64,000 bases of DNA from Chrysomallon squamiferum (taxonomy: Eukaryota > Animalia > Mollusca), in the NCBI GenBank assembly GCA_012295275.1, contig CM022679.1:15934001-15998000 (forward strand), written 5' to 3'. The position numbers were made by a program, and so were the translations under genes. How positions within the stretch are numbered: position 1 is the first letter of the stretch; every line of letters begins with the position of its first letter. The notes under the pieces were generated by a model. The model was not told the DNA's origin, searched no databases, and saw only the letters and a list, made by a program, of their open reading frames with translations. Positions 62,283 through 64,000 of the stretch are shown piece by piece.

Positions 62283-64000
62283 CCTCCCTCTGTATGTTTA
62301 TGACTCTATCGCTTTCTCTGTGTCTGTATTCCCCAAAAGCGTTAGTATAGGAGGAACTCTTGTGAATTACAGTAACGACTGAATAATAAATATAAAGACA
62401 CTGTGAACATGCTAGACATATCGCCACACTGTAGAAATCACAAACTTGCTCAGTCATATCTGATGTGAAGATTTCATTTGTTCTAACACTAACATGCATC
62501 GTCCGCGCCGTTGTTGTCAGCAACAAAACCATCCCCACTCGTAATTCCCAGCAGTTAATCTTCGATATCGCGCATAAAACGAGCCAGGAAGTGAGAAGTA
62601 CATGACCTCTCACCGTGCTGATTAATATGCTGGATTCTAAGCCGGAAATTATAGAGATCTTAGTCTTGTAATGGACTGCTAACTAGCAACATAAGACCAT
62701 AATAGACACTTCATTTTAACCCTTTTATAGTGCTGGACTGTAAAGACAGAATCTTGGTTCGTTACTGCCTCTTCAGACCAGTTCCCAAATCGAAATACAA
62801 ATGATAATTCTAGATCATTACTCAGATGACAACTGGGTTGACTCGTTTTGTTACATTTCTAACAAGTGTTCAGAAGTTGAGCACTGAATAAATGATGTCC
62901 TGTCTTCAGAAATAACGTATCCAAAAACCGGAGTATAGAGTTATAGAGTTAGTAATTCCTGTATGCATGTATGTATGTTGGTATATATATATATATATAT
63001 ATGAATATATATGTAGTTTTTATATATGTATTTATGTATGTAAGTATGCATGTATGAATGTGTATATATATATAGTATGTATGTATGAATGAATGTCTAT
63101 ATAGATATGTATGTATGTATATTGGTTTGTATGTATGTGTATATGTATATATGTAGGTATGTAAGTATGAATGTATATATGTGTGTATGTAGCTCTTATG
63201 TATATATTCATGTACGTATGTATTTGTATATATATGTATACATGTACATATGTATGCATGTATGCATGTATATATGTGTGTATGTATGTATGTATATATG
63301 TGTGTATGTATGTATGTATTTATATACAATGTTTGACTTATGATTTTGTCGTATAATATGAACATTTATTTAGCCCAGCGATAAATAAAAGCGGTAGATA
63401 ACAGCTAGGTATTTTAACTCGAGAAACAATGTAATAATTTTAACATTAATGAAAATGTCTTTTACAATATTTTTTGATTTTGTTTAGAACTGAAAATGAA
63501 TTAAAGATATATACATACAACGTGGATCCTAATTCTTCAAATAAATAAATAAATAATCTGTACACACTTTCAATTCATCCATATAATTATATTCTTAAAT
63601 ATTTTTGAAATCCTGAAATAGATTTTATTATATTTATAACCAAAACTAAAAAAAAAAAAAAAAAAAAAGAGTTAAAATTATATATATCACATCCATCAAA
63701 AAGGTCAGAGCTATGTTTTATAAAAAGTTACAATATAATTGGTTAGTTTTTTAAGTCCTCTTCACTCGTAAAAAACTCGAGCTAATAGAACATACGTCCC
63801 CGTCAGCTTTTTTCACCCTCACCTGAAGTGGTGCTTAGCATTTCACTTCAAGTGTCTCTTGTTGCATAATGTGCTAAAGTAACAGGTTTAACACGTGGTC
63901 AAACCACGCCCACAGCACACACGAGCCTCTTTCACTACCGATGACGACACTTGGAGATCATTAAAAGAAATCTCTGGTAGTTTTGTCGTTTTCTGTGCTG

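Noticed and set aside
62400-62613. Minus-strand ORF resembling a signal peptide followed by ELRVGMVL, as a possible third receptor
   Set aside because: GTG start, none of the conserved ectodomain motifs (GA..A...N, FGP..C, NLP), and it runs into an (AG)n repeat; BLASTx could settle it.

Overview
AT-rich, microsatellite-dense animal genomic DNA; the composition and protein style suggest an invertebrate, possibly a mollusc, but this is an impression and was not tested. The main content is a multi-exon receptor (transmembrane) guanylyl cyclase gene on the minus strand. I traced 18 coding exons by hand from ATG 19906 down to 432 with GT-AG junctions: signal peptide, ANF-receptor-type ectodomain, TM helix, kinase-homology domain, coiled coil and the first part of the cyclase domain. 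The gene continues off the left edge. All junction phases are consistent except one extra base at the start of exon 5. A divergently oriented paralog starts on the plus strand (first coding exon 55000-55383). The 35 kb between them holds a near-identical inverted partial copy of exon 4, several inverted repeat pairs, tRNA-derived SINE-like copies and a 64-bp tandem array; a Tigger/pogo transposon remnant lies at 60.0-60.5 kb. Almost all other ORFs in the track are microsatellite artefacts. I see no CRISPR array, rRNA or credible tRNA gene, and no clearly new system. The best leads are the exon-5 frameshift, a kinase-homology domain that keeps its catalytic Asp, the inverted exon copy and the inverted donor-bearing elements.
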